Part shown: piece by piece, positions 63,378 to 64,000 of the stretch
How the letters are laid out: every line of letters begins with the position of its first letter
Position numbering within the stretch: position 1 is the first letter of the stretch
Assembly: GCF_033153115.1 (NCBI RefSeq)
Contig: NW_026889794.1
Location: forward strand, 6,324,001 to 6,388,000
From: Saccostrea echinata
Lineage: Eukaryota
Direction of reading: 5' to 3'
Length of the DNA: 64,000 bases
Made by a program: the position numbers and the translations under genes
Notes under the pieces: model-generated
The model's input: the letters and a program-made list of their open reading frames with translations, nothing else
Database searches by the model: none
What the model was told of the DNA's origin: nothing

Positions 63378-63541
63378 AGGATTTCCAGTATCAATACCGA
63401 CTCTTGGAAAGATACAGAAAAATACCTGGTTCTTAGACAGCATGAGTTGTAATGGAAATGAGGATTCCTTGTTAGAATGTGCCAGATCAGGATCCAACAG
63501 TTGTAACTTAGCGGGAGTTATATGTTACTGCACTATAAAAG
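63378..63541 (+). CDS. SRCR gene exon A5
   Basis: cttag|...AAA G|gttaga, 164 nt. Encodes GFPVSIPTLGKIQKNTWFLDSMSCNGNEDSLLECARSGSNSCNLAGVICYCTIK. Translated by hand. Confidence 0.88.
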
Positions 63542-63622
63542 GTTAGATATAGATATTTTATTCATCGTAGATTTCGTGACTTTATTGAAGAATCTTTTCA
63601 ATTTCTTTGACTTATATTACAG

Positions 63623-63764
63623 GCAGAGTTAGAATTGTTAATGGCAGCTTTCCAGATGAAGGTCGTGTTGAGGTTCTGGTTTATGACCGATGGCGAAAAG
63701 TATGCAGTACTAACTGGGACAAAAATGACGCAGATGTTACATGTCGGAGTCTGGGGTTTTTTGG
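63623..63764 (+). CDS. SRCR gene exon B5
   Basis: tacag|...GG|gtaaac, 142 nt. Encodes RVRIVNGSFPDEGRVEVLVYDRWRKVCSTNWDKNDADVTCRSLGFF. Confidence 0.9.
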
Positions 63765-64000
63765 GTAAACTTTGGGTGTTTTATCAAATAACAAATTTAT
63801 TTTCACTTAACTCTGCGTTACATGTTCACAATTTCTTCGGCATATCTTAAATTCCCGTTTTTTCTTGAAAGAAATATTGCCAAACGTCGCGTGCATTTCC
63901 GTAAATCAACATCAAATTTGCTGGATACGTATAAGTTCTTTTTCCTTGGCTTTGTAGGACTGTGTCGGATAAGGTTACGTCTCATGAATGCTTAACAATT

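Overview
AT-rich eukaryotic DNA, most likely from an oyster-type bivalve. This is inferred from Helentron-associated HINE elements carrying a ~168-bp Cg170-like satellite, a Meta-SINE and Naiad-type Penelope fragments. The host gene is a + strand, tandem group-A SRCR (scavenger receptor cysteine-rich) gene. Five exon pairs are visible, all with open frames and phase-compatible GT-AG junctions, and the gene extends beyond both window ends. One intron (6564-52641, ~46 kb) is a deep transposon nest. It holds a full-length Gmr1-type Gypsy LTR element with integrase before RT, itself carrying a hAT insertion. It also holds a Naiad-like Penelope RT split by a SINE and by a ~34-kb block containing a second Gypsy element. 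The most unusual object lies inside that second Gypsy: a 17.3-kb element (21297-38593) with ~300-bp TIRs and a 7-bp TSD. It encodes both a P-element-family transposase (- strand) and a spliced PIF1-family helicase (+ strand). Both genes are decayed in this copy, and an assembly gap (21966-22095) limits certainty about internal order. The rest consists of hAT, mariner, Kolobok-like, piggyBac-like foldback, TA-TSD and HINE elements. Family assignments come from recognised motifs only; no database search was run.
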